Below are positions 46,090-64,000 of a stretch of 64,000 bases of DNA, piece by piece. The stretch's first letter is position 1. Every line of letters begins with the position of its first letter. The position numbers and the translations under genes were made by a program. Under the pieces are notes generated by a model, which was given only the letters and a program-made list of their open reading frames with translations, made no database searches and was not told the DNA's origin. The stretch comes from the human T2T-CHM13v2.0 reference genome, Homo sapiens: NCBI RefSeq assembly GCF_009914755.1, contig NC_060928.1, one strand, 5' to 3'.

Positions 46090-47063
46090 GTTTCCAGCCA
46101 ATGGATTCTGGTCAACTGGTGGAGATTGGCTGACACCCTGGAGAAGCCGAAACCAGAGAGCCTTTTGTTTTCTCTTTTTTCCTGTCTATGCTCTGTCTCA
46201 CTTAACACTACGTTTTCTGCTATGGTCTGTGGTTGATGACCTCAATATGAGTTTCGATTGTTAACGTGTTTTTGTTTGGGAAGTAATTTTGTTTGAAAAT
46301 GCTCTCACATACAGGAATTAGGGCCTAGATTGTAAGCTCTTGCAGCAGTCACATTTGTTCCCGGGCTTTGGTGGTTATTTCTAAATTTTTGAGGTGCTTT
46401 GCTATTTCTTGTGTGACCTGATAGCTCCCTGGAACTTTGGGTCTGTGTGTGACACATGAGACTCACAGTTGGAGTTCTCCAGCTCTGGAGGTGCTGAAGG
46501 AGCTGCATTAATTCTGGAAGACGACTCCATGCAGCAACTACTGAAGAAAGGACCAGACTTCAACGGGGAGTGTGGATGGGCCGACCTGGCTGGGACTCGT
46601 GAATCTGGAGAAGAGCTGGAGAATGGATAGTATTGTCTGTATTTGGAGACTTTAATTTCTGTGTGAGACCAAAGGAGGAGAGATGTGTTTTGTTCAAAAT
46701 TTAAATTTGTTGTGGTACACTATCTTATGTAACCTGTCTGGTGAGTTTGTTTGGACAACCTAACTCAGCTTTATTTGACATGGAACCTAAAATAGAAGAT
46801 AAGATCTTGATATTCTGTACAAGTTGATGTAATACCCTGATGCGTTTTAGAGGACTTGGCATAAAATGAAAGATTGGCAAAGGCCCTTGAGGGGCTTGGG
46901 GATGAGAGTATGGAACTGTCTGCATTGGACCCTAAACTGGACTAGAAGAGGCATCTTCAAGGTTCATACGTTGTCCAGCTGTAAGTTCATTTGAGTAGCA
47001 GACCTAACAAATATTTGAGGTCAAAACCCTACCATGTTAAAACAAACAAAAACTTACCATGTT

Positions 47064-47069
47064 AATAAA
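47064..47069 (+). terminator. MRFAP1: MRFAP1 polyadenylation signal
   Basis: AATAAA ending a roughly 1 kb repeat-free U-rich 3'UTR exon starting at 46090. Confidence 0.75.
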
Positions 47070-48397
47070 AGTATTCATTTGCTTGAAAAGACGAAAGACC
47101 TAAAAGGTTATTGAGAAATGTTAGTCCTTTAAGAATGAAATCTGCTGTCTCCCAGATGGTTCTCACTGTCAAATGGAGGGTGAACATCTTAACGGTTTCT
47201 GAGGCTCTTAGTCTCTAATCAAAGGGAAGCTTTCTCTCTCTGCTGTTGGGAACCGGGTGAGGAAGAAACACACTTGGTTCTTAGTGTGGGAAGAAACCAC
47301 ATGTAATCCTGTGGTCCAGGCCTCTGCCTTCAGAGAGCCAAAGCACCTTCAGTCTTTCCAATTGGAACATTGTTTTCTAGGCCTTGCACTGGGAATATAG
47401 CGATTACAGTTGCAGGGTGAGGGATGACATAGAGGAGATGTGATACCCCACCCTCCTTCCAGATTGAAGCCTTTCTGCCTCAGCTGCTAGAAGTGTTGCT
47501 GACAAACACCCTTCAGCTGGTTAGCCCTCTGGGCAGTGCCTTTTCAGAGGAGAGCTGCGTTAGCCAAAGTCATGCCCTTTTCCCTGGGTAGCCTACATCT
47601 AGTGAGTAATGGGCTGGAAATCTCAGGTCGCTATTTCTCTTACCCCAATTTGGGACAACTTTGAGGGACATGGTGGCTTCTGAGCTTGTGGGGTCTGCTG
47701 AGGCTTTTGTTAGGATTACATCACGCAGCCCACCTCCTCCCCCGTCCCAGCCTTGCATTCCTCCTCTTCCACAAGTGTTAATCCCTAAAAAACGTGCATC
47801 TAGTTTTCATCTTGGAGTCCACTTTCTGGGCAACCTAGTTGGTAGAAATCAAACAAAGCCATGTGTCCCTAGCACTAATAAAGATAGCATGTCCCAGGAG
47901 AACACTTGAGGGGGAGGTCTAGGAAAGCTTTCCAGAGCAAGTAACTCTTTCAGAGCTTGGCCTTGAAAGAGGAGCACAGCTTCCGAGGTCAGGAAGAGCA
48001 GGAGAGGCATGCTAGGCACAGGAAACAATGGAAGATGTTCAAGGTTTTCTGTGTGAGTTCCACACAGAGGAGGGAGAAGAAATGTATAGGACAGAATTAT
48101 GAACTGGGAAACAACCACGAAAACTACATTTCGTACATTTGCCAAAACAAGAAATGTAACATTGGTACAACACTACCAACTAGACTTTTCTCTGCTTTCA
48201 CCAGTTTCCCCACTAAGGCCCTTTTTCTGCTCTGGGATACTACATTGCATCGGGAAGTCGATTGTTTTCAATGAGTAAGATTTATAAATGACACGAAAGT
48301 GATCCTTCATCTCTCCCCAGCTTCCCAGTTCCCCTCTCAGGAAACTAGAAGTTTCTTATACATCCTTACAAATACTAATGTGTTTGAACGGCTTCCA

Positions 48398-49551
<1,154 letters not shown>

Positions 49552-50324
49552 TAACCTCAGAGAGCAATGAAGCTTTTCTGGGTTAAAATGTAGAAGTCAT
49601 TAGTGCTGTTCACCAAATAAATTCCAATTCTCTGCCTTCTAGGCACAGAGTAAGATGGCACTTTCTGGCCCCCTTGGGGTTGGGTGGGCCCACGTGATTA
49701 ATTCTGGCCAATGAGCTACAAAGGAAACTTACATCTGTTGCATCCAACCCAGAACCTCCAAAGCAACACCCTGCAGAGCTGTCTCTTCCCTCTGGCACAG
49801 GAACCAGCAACATTCCAGATGGTGGCTGAGCTTAATGACCACAGTTCCCTACCAATCTATGATGAGTATATACCACAAACAAGGAAAAACCTTAGTTGTT
49901 TTAAGCCACTGAGATTTGGGGATTGTTTGTTACAATAACAACTTAGACTAAGATGACTGATACAGATATTCATTATTGCTTCCATTCCTTGTGTTTTGAT
50001 GAAAGGGTTGTTCTCCCTTCTACCTGAGGCCCGTTGATCACATCCCTCCCACTAGCCCAGGCATTGTCCAACAGGTTATCTTCTGTCTCTGGCTTTCACG
50101 TGGAGCTCTTGACTTTCCTCTGCCTTCTAATGACTTCAAGGTGAAAGAAAGCGCTAGTTCAAACTCCTACTCCTGGCCATTCTCCCCCTTCCAGGCAGCA
50201 GGTAAACATGGAGTGGCTTGAGTTTCTACCATCTTCCAGAGATAAATGGGGATTTATTACCCTGGTTAACACTGTGGCCAGGTAAATCTACAAAATCCAT
50301 CCAGTGCCTGCTTCAGTCACTGCC

Positions 50325-50665
50325 TGATATGGTTTGGCTGTGTCCCCACCCAAATCTCATCTTGTCCTGGGAGTGACCCGGTGGGAGGTCACTGAATCAT
50401 GGGGTGGTTACCCCCATACTGTTCTTGTGATAGTGAGTTTCCACGAGATCTGATGGTTTTACAAGGGGCTTTTTCCCCTTTGCTCTGCACTTCTCCTTCC
50501 TGCCGCCATACGAAGAAGGACAGGTTTGCTTCCCCTTCTGCCATGATTGTAAGTTTCCTGAGGCCTCCCCAGCCATGTGGAACTGGGAGTCAATTAAACC
50601 TCTTTCCTTTATAAATTATCAGTCTCGGGTATTTCTTCATAGCAGCATGAGAACAGACTAATACA
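50325..50665 (+). mobile_element. THE1-type MaLR solo LTR
   Basis: tgatatggtttggctgtgtccccacccaaatctcatcttg...gagaacagactaataca; TSD ctgcc/cagcc. Confidence 0.85.
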
Positions 50666-52197
50666 CAGCCCAGCATATGTTAGACCCTCTCTGAGTCAAT
50701 TCTCTTTTCCCCGTCTCTGATTTCCATAATGTTCTGTGGTACCTATTTACTGGTTTATATCCCCATTGCTTCCTCCTTCAAACTCTATACCATGGTTCAC
50801 AAAATCCTGCATTCCATTATTCCCAAATTAATCCATATTATTCTTTGCCTCTTCAAAGAACATTTCTTTACCAACTCTTAACAGCTGAAACTAGATTTTC
50901 CCCAAGCCCTGGGCTTCCCTGTAGCCTTGTTGGTGATGGTTCCTTACAGCACTCGCCCACTGCCTGGGGCAGATACTGCGTTCATCAGGACTGCATTTTT
51001 GCCAGAGAGGAGTGAAAAAAGAAAAAAAGAGCTTAGGGTTTTGACAAGGACATCACTGCAACAATACATGATGTACTCTGAGTGGGGAAGTATGGAGGTG
51101 AAGAGCAGGAGAGCAATAGGCGAAAGTAGCTGGTAAAGTGAATGGAGATCCCAGCATGTTAGTGACTACAGTGAAAGTGTCACCTGGAGGATGGGATGTG
51201 GCCAGAAAATAGGAGGGCTGATATTGGAAAGCAATTTATCATATTAAAAACTCTGATTGTCAAATAAAATGTATCTGTGGATGACATCCTGCGAGCTACG
51301 TGCTTCTGGGGCCTCAGATCAATTCTTGTTTTAACACCTGTGAAGCATTTACTATGTGCCAGTTACCTACAATTCCTCAAAAGCCTTTCACGACCCCTCA
51401 GTGGGGCAGATGCCATTATTAAAATTAGTCTCGTCTTATCAATGAGGCACAGAGATATTAAGTAGGCCAGGTCTGAGACAATAACAAGCCCCAAGTCACT
51501 CTTGGGAGTGAATGGCCAAGCAGGGTGGAGGAGCTCCTTGGATATGAGGGCCCAGGTGTGGGGCTGGTGGCTGTGTGAGCATGGAATTCGCTCAGGACGA
51601 TGGCAGGGCTTGGGGTGGAGGGGAAGGCCAGGAGCCAGGTGCCCAAGTTTGCAGTGAATGACGGGACTCCAATGGGGTGAAAAGAGATTGGAGGATGACA
51701 GAGGTAAGAAGAGGGAGAGGGCAGTCAGATGACCAGGGAGTGCTCCCAAGGAGCCCCATTTTGGACAAGAGGGAGGAGAAGTAGAGTGTGGACATGGCCT
51801 GGGAGAACACTGCCCCCAAATTCTGATTGACACACGAGGGACATATAGAAATGAGTGGCTTTTCCCTCACAGGCCTGAGGATGAAATAGCACTATTCTCA
51901 GGGGTAAGGTCGGGGGAGGGCAGAGCTCCTCCAAGAAGTCAGGCACATGCTGGAGGCCCAGGAACAGGTTTGGGGGTGAAGAGGAGTGGAGAACATCACT
52001 GGAAACTTGTCCTAGGCTGAGTTCTCCTTGGTTCATCAATGGGAGAAACAGCAGTGACAGGCTAGTAAGTTTAGTCCTGAATTTAGTCTCTTTGAGGGAG
52101 GACAGGCATGGCCTTGGTGTGATCGCTATGGAGGCAAAGATGTGGCAGTTGGAGACTGTCACTCAACTGTGCTTCCTGCAGTAGCTTCTATGAATGA

Positions 52198-53379
<1,182 letters not shown>

Positions 53380-53690
53380 TAATAGATAATAAAGTCTCCC
53401 TGAGGCAAAAGCCAGGGACCTAGAGGGAAGGAGGCAAAATAGTTTCTGCTAGAGAGCAAGACCTTTGATGATCCCCAAAGGCCATAGGCACCATGTATTT
53501 CCCATTCCTCCCTTTTCCTCCCTATTCTGTGTGTTAGAAGCAAGCCAGCCCATACTCCAGGAGAGAAGAATTATGCTCCACCTACTGAAGAGATGAGTAG
53601 CAAGAAGATTGTGGACATATTTTTTTAATCTTTTCAAATTCCTTTTTATCATGTGGACGTATTTTTAAAACCACCACCACTATTGTCGTT

Positions 53691-56735
<3,045 letters not shown>

Positions 56736-57380
56736 TGAGTACTGGGTATTTTTATAGAAAGATGAGAAAGTTTTGAAACTAGAGAGAGCTAGTGGTTACA
56801 CAATATTGTGAATACACTAAATACCACTTAATTGTACACTTTAAAGTGGGTAATTATGTTACATTAATTTCACCTCAATTTTTAAAGAAGCCAGAACAGT
56901 CCAATTCATGGGACAGAAAGTAGAATGGTGGATGCCAGGGGCTGGGGGAGGGAGGATTGGGGAATTAATGTTTAATGGGGACAAAGTTTCAGTTTGGGAG
57001 GATGAAAAAGTTCTTGAGGCAGATGGTGGTGATGGTTGCACAATTTGAATGGACTTACTGCCACTGAACTGTACCCTTAAATGGTTAAATGGTAAATCTA
57101 CTATGCATATTTTACTATAATAAATTTATTTTACTTTTTTGCAGTCAATTTTTAAGCTAAAATATGGTGCTAATCAAAGGAACCATCATCAAAGTGAAAA
57201 GTTGAGCTGCATTCTGTGCTATCTTCTCGATTTTTCTATAAACCTAAAACTGTTCTAAAAAATAAAGTCCATTTAAAAGAAAATAGTCAAGCTTCAATTG
57301 GGAGAAGATATTTGCAACACACACTCTAGAGGAAATATTAAAGAGAATCCACCAAAATGTATAAAAAGATAGGGTTAGAA

Positions 57381-58871
<1,491 letters not shown>

Positions 58872-58989
58872 AAGATAGGGTTAGAATTAGGGTTAGGAGA
58901 ACCCAGAGGAGAATAATAAGGTGGGGGCACGGCTTTGAGGGTCTTCATTCATTTTTATCCATCCTTAGACTTTCTGCAGACTAAGCTTC

Positions 58990-59740
58990 AAGTTTTCAAC
59001 TGCTGCTACAACAAATTATCACAAATTAACAGCTCAAAATAACACACATTTATCATCATAGTCCTGAAGGTCAGAAGTCACGAATGGCTTAGAAGGTTTC
59101 TCTGCTCTAGGTCTCACAAGGCCAAAATCAAGGTGTTGGCTGGCTGGGCTCCTATCAGGAGGCTCCAGAGAGAAACCGCTTCTAAGTGCATTCAGGTTGC
59201 TGGCAGAATCCAGTTCCTTGTGGTTGCAGGCTGGGCTTCAGCTGGGGGCCACATTTAGCTCCTGGAGGCCTCCCTCCTGTCCTTTCATGTGGCCACCTGT
59301 GTCTCAAAACAAGCAGTGGTTTGTCAAATCCTCCTCATTGTCCAACCCCCCGCCCCGCCCCGCCCCAGCCACAAAGCTGTGAAGCTAGGGTCCAAACCCC
59401 CCACATCTCAGAGTCAGCACAGGCAGGACCAGTCATCTCCTGCTTGGAATAGCACGGATTTCTTCTGCCAAATCTCTCTTCTGCCTTCGTTTTCTATCTC
59501 TGACTCCAGCCTAGGAGCGTTTTTCACTTTAAGGACTCAGGATTAGGCTGGGCCTACCTGGATAATCCAGGCTATTCATTCTCCTTAAGACCCTTAACTT
59601 TAATTACATGAGCAAAATCCATTTTGCCATGTAATATGATATATTCGTAATTACAAAATATGTCATATAATTTATAACACAATCACAGGTTCCAGGGATT
59701 AGGATGTGGACTTCTATGGGGGTCACTCTGCCTGCCACAC
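58990..59740 (-). mobile_element. MLT1-type (MLT1E-like) LTR
   Basis: ctgctgctacaacaaattatcacaaa...aaggccaaaatcaaggtgttggc...cacaggttccagggattaggatgtggac. Confidence 0.65.
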
Positions 59741-59925
59741 CTCCCTAGAGGTGATGGTACCCAACTCCACTAAGTTCAGGTGGTGGCACAGGCCAAGAGA
59801 GCTACCCTCAGGCTGATTGGCCCTCAGTCCCCCAGCCAGCAGGTTGTGAAGCCAGGGTCCGAATATTGGATGTAGTTCCCACACGACTCTGAATGCACTG
59901 TGTAGTCTAATGACTGTCATAGTAG

Positions 59926-60439
<514 letters not shown>

Positions 60440-60599
60440 TAACATATCTTCTACCCCCTCCAGACAGCATTCTTTAGGGTAAACAAAATGTACCGAGCCC
60501 CTGCTGGGCAGCCAACCCTGGCGGAGACGTGCGGACAGATTCTACCTTCAAAGAGCTGTCCTGGGAAATGCCACTGTTTGGTAACAATTTTGTTTCCAA

Positions 60600-61132
60600 A
60601 AACCTCGCCTGGCCTGTGTCGGGCCGGCGGAGACAAGCCAGCGGTTCCCTGGCGAGGCGGGGACGGTTTGAGGTGCAGCCGTGGGTTTCGTGGCCCTGGG
60701 TCACGGTATTCGGTGCAACCTTCCGTTTCTGGTGCAAAAATCACTCGCAACTGAGTGTTAAAACCCCAACCCTGGAATCCCTCTCAGACTCCACCCCAGA
60801 GCCCGCGCAGGCGAGGGCGCGTGGGGGAAGGGGGACGAGAGCGCGCCATGGCGCCTGCACGATACGGGACCCCGCCCGAGACCCCCGTGGGCGCGTGGCA
60901 ACCTGGAGCTGCCGTGAAAGGAGCTTCGAGGAGGCCCCGCGGCGGCTGGCAGCGGGAAGGCCATTTGGGTGTGGCCTTCGCTGTTTCAGGGCTGAAAGTT
61001 TTAGAGTAAAATTTTATTTAAACTAAAAAGGAACTTCAAGAACTTGTCGCGGGTGACAGCGAGGTGTCCGCGCACGGCTGGTGGGTGCCCGGCTGGCCCG
61101 GGGCGGGAAGGGGCGGCGGCGCTGTGGCCTTG
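60600..61132. promoter_or_regulatory. CpG-rich promoter-like region upstream of the MRFAP1-like pseudogene
   Basis: High CpG density in non-Alu sequence; GC boxes ggggcggg and ggggcggc at 61100-61120 immediately before the decayed start codon. Confidence 0.65.
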
Positions 61133-62046
61133 CGTTACCGTGAGGAGGGCCTTGAGTGGGTTGTCCTGGTCCTTGGCCTTTTGAACAAAGCATTGAACAA
61201 AACGCACAAACAAAGTAACAAAGGAATGAAACGCAGGAACAGAAGCAGGGAAAGCAGCAATTTCTTAAAGCGAGAAAGCACCCACAGGGTGGGAGCGGGC
61301 CCGAGCAAGCAGCTCAAGGGCCAGTTAGAAAGTTTTCTGGGCTTTAAGTACTTCATTTGAGGTTCTTACCAGCTACCTCTTATGTGGATGAAGGTTTTGG
61401 TTTGTGGCTAAAGGCTGGGGTGAACTGGCGCCCTATGCGGATGAAGGGACGGTCCCTGCATGGCTCTTGGCCACTCCAAGGCACGCTCCCTTTCCATCTG
61501 GGAGGAGGCTTGTAGGGAGAGTAGCCTTTGATGCTTTACTACTCCCAATGGGGAGATGGTGCTTTTCCTTTTGGTTTGGGAAGTTTGAGTTAATCAGCCT
61601 CAGATTCTCTGCCCCAGACCTTGGTGTTTTCCCTTGATTCAGCTTTAGGAAGTCAGCAGGAATCGGCCTTAAGTTCCCTACCTCCAGACCCTGTTCTCCT
61701 GCCTGACGTGGACACGGACCAGGCGAGAGCCCGCAAAGACCCAGGTGGCCCGGCGCCCCGCGTGGGCGGCGAGGACCTGGCCTCCCTGGAGTGCGAGCGT
61801 GCCCGGGCGCACTAGCGGGCCCGCAGGGAGCTGCTGGAGATCCAGAGCCTGCTCGACGCCATCAAGAGCGAGATGGAGGCGGAGGAGCAGGGCGCCCGGG
61901 CCCCAGCACCCAGCCCGCGCGCGGAGGCGGAGGATCTGGTGGCCAGGCTGTGCGCCGAGGCGGAGAGGAAGGCCGCGGAGGCGGCGCGGATGGGCAGGCG
62001 GATCGTGGAGCTGCACCAGCGGATCGCCGGCTGCGAGTGCTGCCGA
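61122..62046 (+). pseudogene. MRFAP1-family (MRFAP1L2/UPP-like) pseudogene split by an LTR
   Basis: 61771-62043 translates EDLASLECERARAH*RARRELLEIQSLLDAIKSEMEAEEQ...IVELHQRIAGCECC, gapless vs MRFAP1 residues 37-127 with 37/91 identities by hand count; TAG at 61813; stop position is CGA; decayed start ctgtggccttg at 61122 upstream of the LTR. Confidence 0.85.
61133..61706 (-). mobile_element. ERV1 solo LTR, MER51-like
   Basis: Begins cgttaccg, contains ttttgaacaaag...aacgcacaaacaaag and cacagggtgggagcgggcccgagcaag, ends ccagaccctgttctcctgcctga, matching my recollection of the MER51 reverse complement; 4-bp TSD cttg/cgtg. Confidence 0.75.
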
Positions 62047-62354
62047 GCCGGCGGGGCAGCGCGGGGTGGAGCTGAGACCGGCGGGGAGTTTCCCGCGTGG
62101 AAGGCGCTGGGCAGGCAGGGAGGGGTGCGTAGAGCCGTGCCACGCTCTCCGCCAAGGTATACTCTTTTTACGTAGGTAAAAGAAAATAATTTCATTTCTT
62201 AAAAAGAAAAAAAAAAGGAGAAACAGAAACCCAAAGACCTTTAGCAGTAGAACAATAAAGGGCATAGAGCTGCCATGTCGCTAAGGGGGTTAAACCATTT
62301 CTTCTATGCCGTAAAGCTAAATATCAGGCGGAGAACAAAATTTAAAAGTGTGTG

Positions 62355-62958
<604 letters not shown>

Positions 62959-63099
62959 TGTGTGAAACGTAAGGCCATTATTGAACATTTCTAAATTTTG
63001 CTGGGAATTTGGAGTGTTTTGCTTGCCCTTTTCTGCCAGAGGTGGCATTCTGCTGGCAGAATTGCAGTTTTCACCCCAGGACAGTGAATTCTGACTCAG

Positions 63100-63480
63100 A
63101 GTGTCAAAGATAAGGAAAGCCAGGAGACTAGTCAAAATGGTAAGGACAGATTTTATTCAGTAATGACTTGCAACAGGGAAGAGAGTCCAGCGTGAACTAA
63201 ACTGAGCTTTGCCAAAGCAAAAGGCAGGAGACTTTTTCAAGGTTGGAGTGTGCTAGGGGAAAAGCACTGAAGGGTGAAAAAACAGGTTTGATCCACCTAT
63301 CTAGGCCATCTGGGTTTGCTAGTTAGTGCTTATCCAGAGGAGAAACAAAGTTCTCCTTTCTTAAATGGGAGAAGTGGTGTGTTGGAGCAAAGCTTCCACT
63401 GAAGATAGGTCCTCATCCTCCCACTGGGACTGGGAGGAAGAAGGAGGTTATCTCCTTACATGTTTGAGTTTCAAGGAGCC
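63100..63480. mobile_element. Probable ERV1 LTR fragment (MER31-like)
   Basis: tgtcaaag...gacagattttattcagtaatgacttgcaacagggaagagagtccagcgtgaact resembles MER31-group text; family uncertain. Confidence 0.4.
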
Positions 63481-63910
63481 AAGGGAGAAAAGAAGAAGGA
63501 GGAGGCGGAGGAGGAGGAGGAGAAAGAAGAAGAAGGAGGAGGAGGAGAAGGAGGAGGCAGAGGAGGTGGAGGAGGAGGAGGAGAAAGAAGAAAGAGGAGA
63601 AGGAGGAGGAGAAGGAGGAGTAGGCAGAGGAGGAGGAGGAGGAGAAGGAGGAGGCGGAGGAGGAGTAAGCAGAGGAGGAGGCAGAGGAGGAGGAGGCGGA
63701 GGAGGAGTAGGCAGAGGAGGAGGAGGAGAAAGAAGAAGAAGGAAGAGAAGGATGAGGAGGAGGAGAAGGAGGAGGAGAAAGAAGAAGGAGGAGGAGAAGG
63801 AGAAGGAAGAGAAGGAGAAGGAGGAGAAGGAAGAGAAGGAGGAGGAGGAGAAGGAGGAGGAGAAGGAGGAGGAGGAGATAGAAGAAGAAGGAGGAGGAGG
63901 AGGAGAAAGA
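63481..63910. repeat. (GGA/GAA)n purine-rich low-complexity tract
   Basis: About 430 nt nearly pure purine, triplet-phased. Confidence 0.92.
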
Positions 63911-64000
63911 ATTTTTTTTTTTTTGAGACGGAGTCTCACCCTGTCGCTAGGCTGGAGTGCAGTGGCGCAATCTCTGCTCATTGCAACCTCCTCCTCCTGG
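63911..64000 (-). mobile_element. Alu, truncated by window end
   Basis: poly-T then gagacggagtctcaccctgtcgc... Confidence 0.88.

Noticed and set aside
58876-58897. Telomere-like tagggttagaattagggttagg at the L1 target site
   Set aside because: Only about two TTAGGG-like units; too short to call an interstitial telomeric sequence
61621-61707. Apparent N-terminus MVFSLDSALGSQQ... of the pseudogene ORF
   Set aside because: TTG start within antisense LTR sequence; frame continuity is fortuitous
63448-63981. 177-aa poly-Ser/Leu/Pro ORF
   Set aside because: Translation of Alu plus (TCC/TTC)n low complexity

Overview
Primate (almost certainly human, 4p16.1 by gene content) genomic DNA. 1481-25655 (+) holds the last 12 coding exons of MAN2B2 (GH38 lysosomal/epididymal alpha-mannosidase; exons 8-19 by my recollection of the 19-exon model). 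All introns are GT-AG and phases join into one frame of about 657 aa ending FIHFQQQ*. A repeat-dense intergenic stretch follows (Alu, L1, MaLR and ERV1 LTRs, often nested). A CpG island at about 44.4-46.0 kb carries MRFAP1/PAM14 (127-aa CDS 45223-45606 in one exon, with one intron in each UTR). The most interesting structure is at 60.6-62.3 kb: a second, divergent MRFAP1-family copy (37/91 aa identical to MRFAP1, gapless). An antisense MER51-like LTR landed just after its decayed start codon, and it has an internal TAG. It has also gained a new Kozak-context ATG, lost its stop codon and has a downstream AATAAA, leaving a 100-aa ORF that no ORF-level view links to its parent. Other observations: an exact 21-nt repeat at near-identical spacing upstream of two consecutive MAN2B2 acceptors, a direct L1PA pair flanking MRFAP1, a triple-TSD tandem Alu, and several minisatellites and purine tracts. 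Repeat family names are by eye and repeat coordinates are approximate unless a TSD is quoted. No tRNA, rRNA or CRISPR array was seen.
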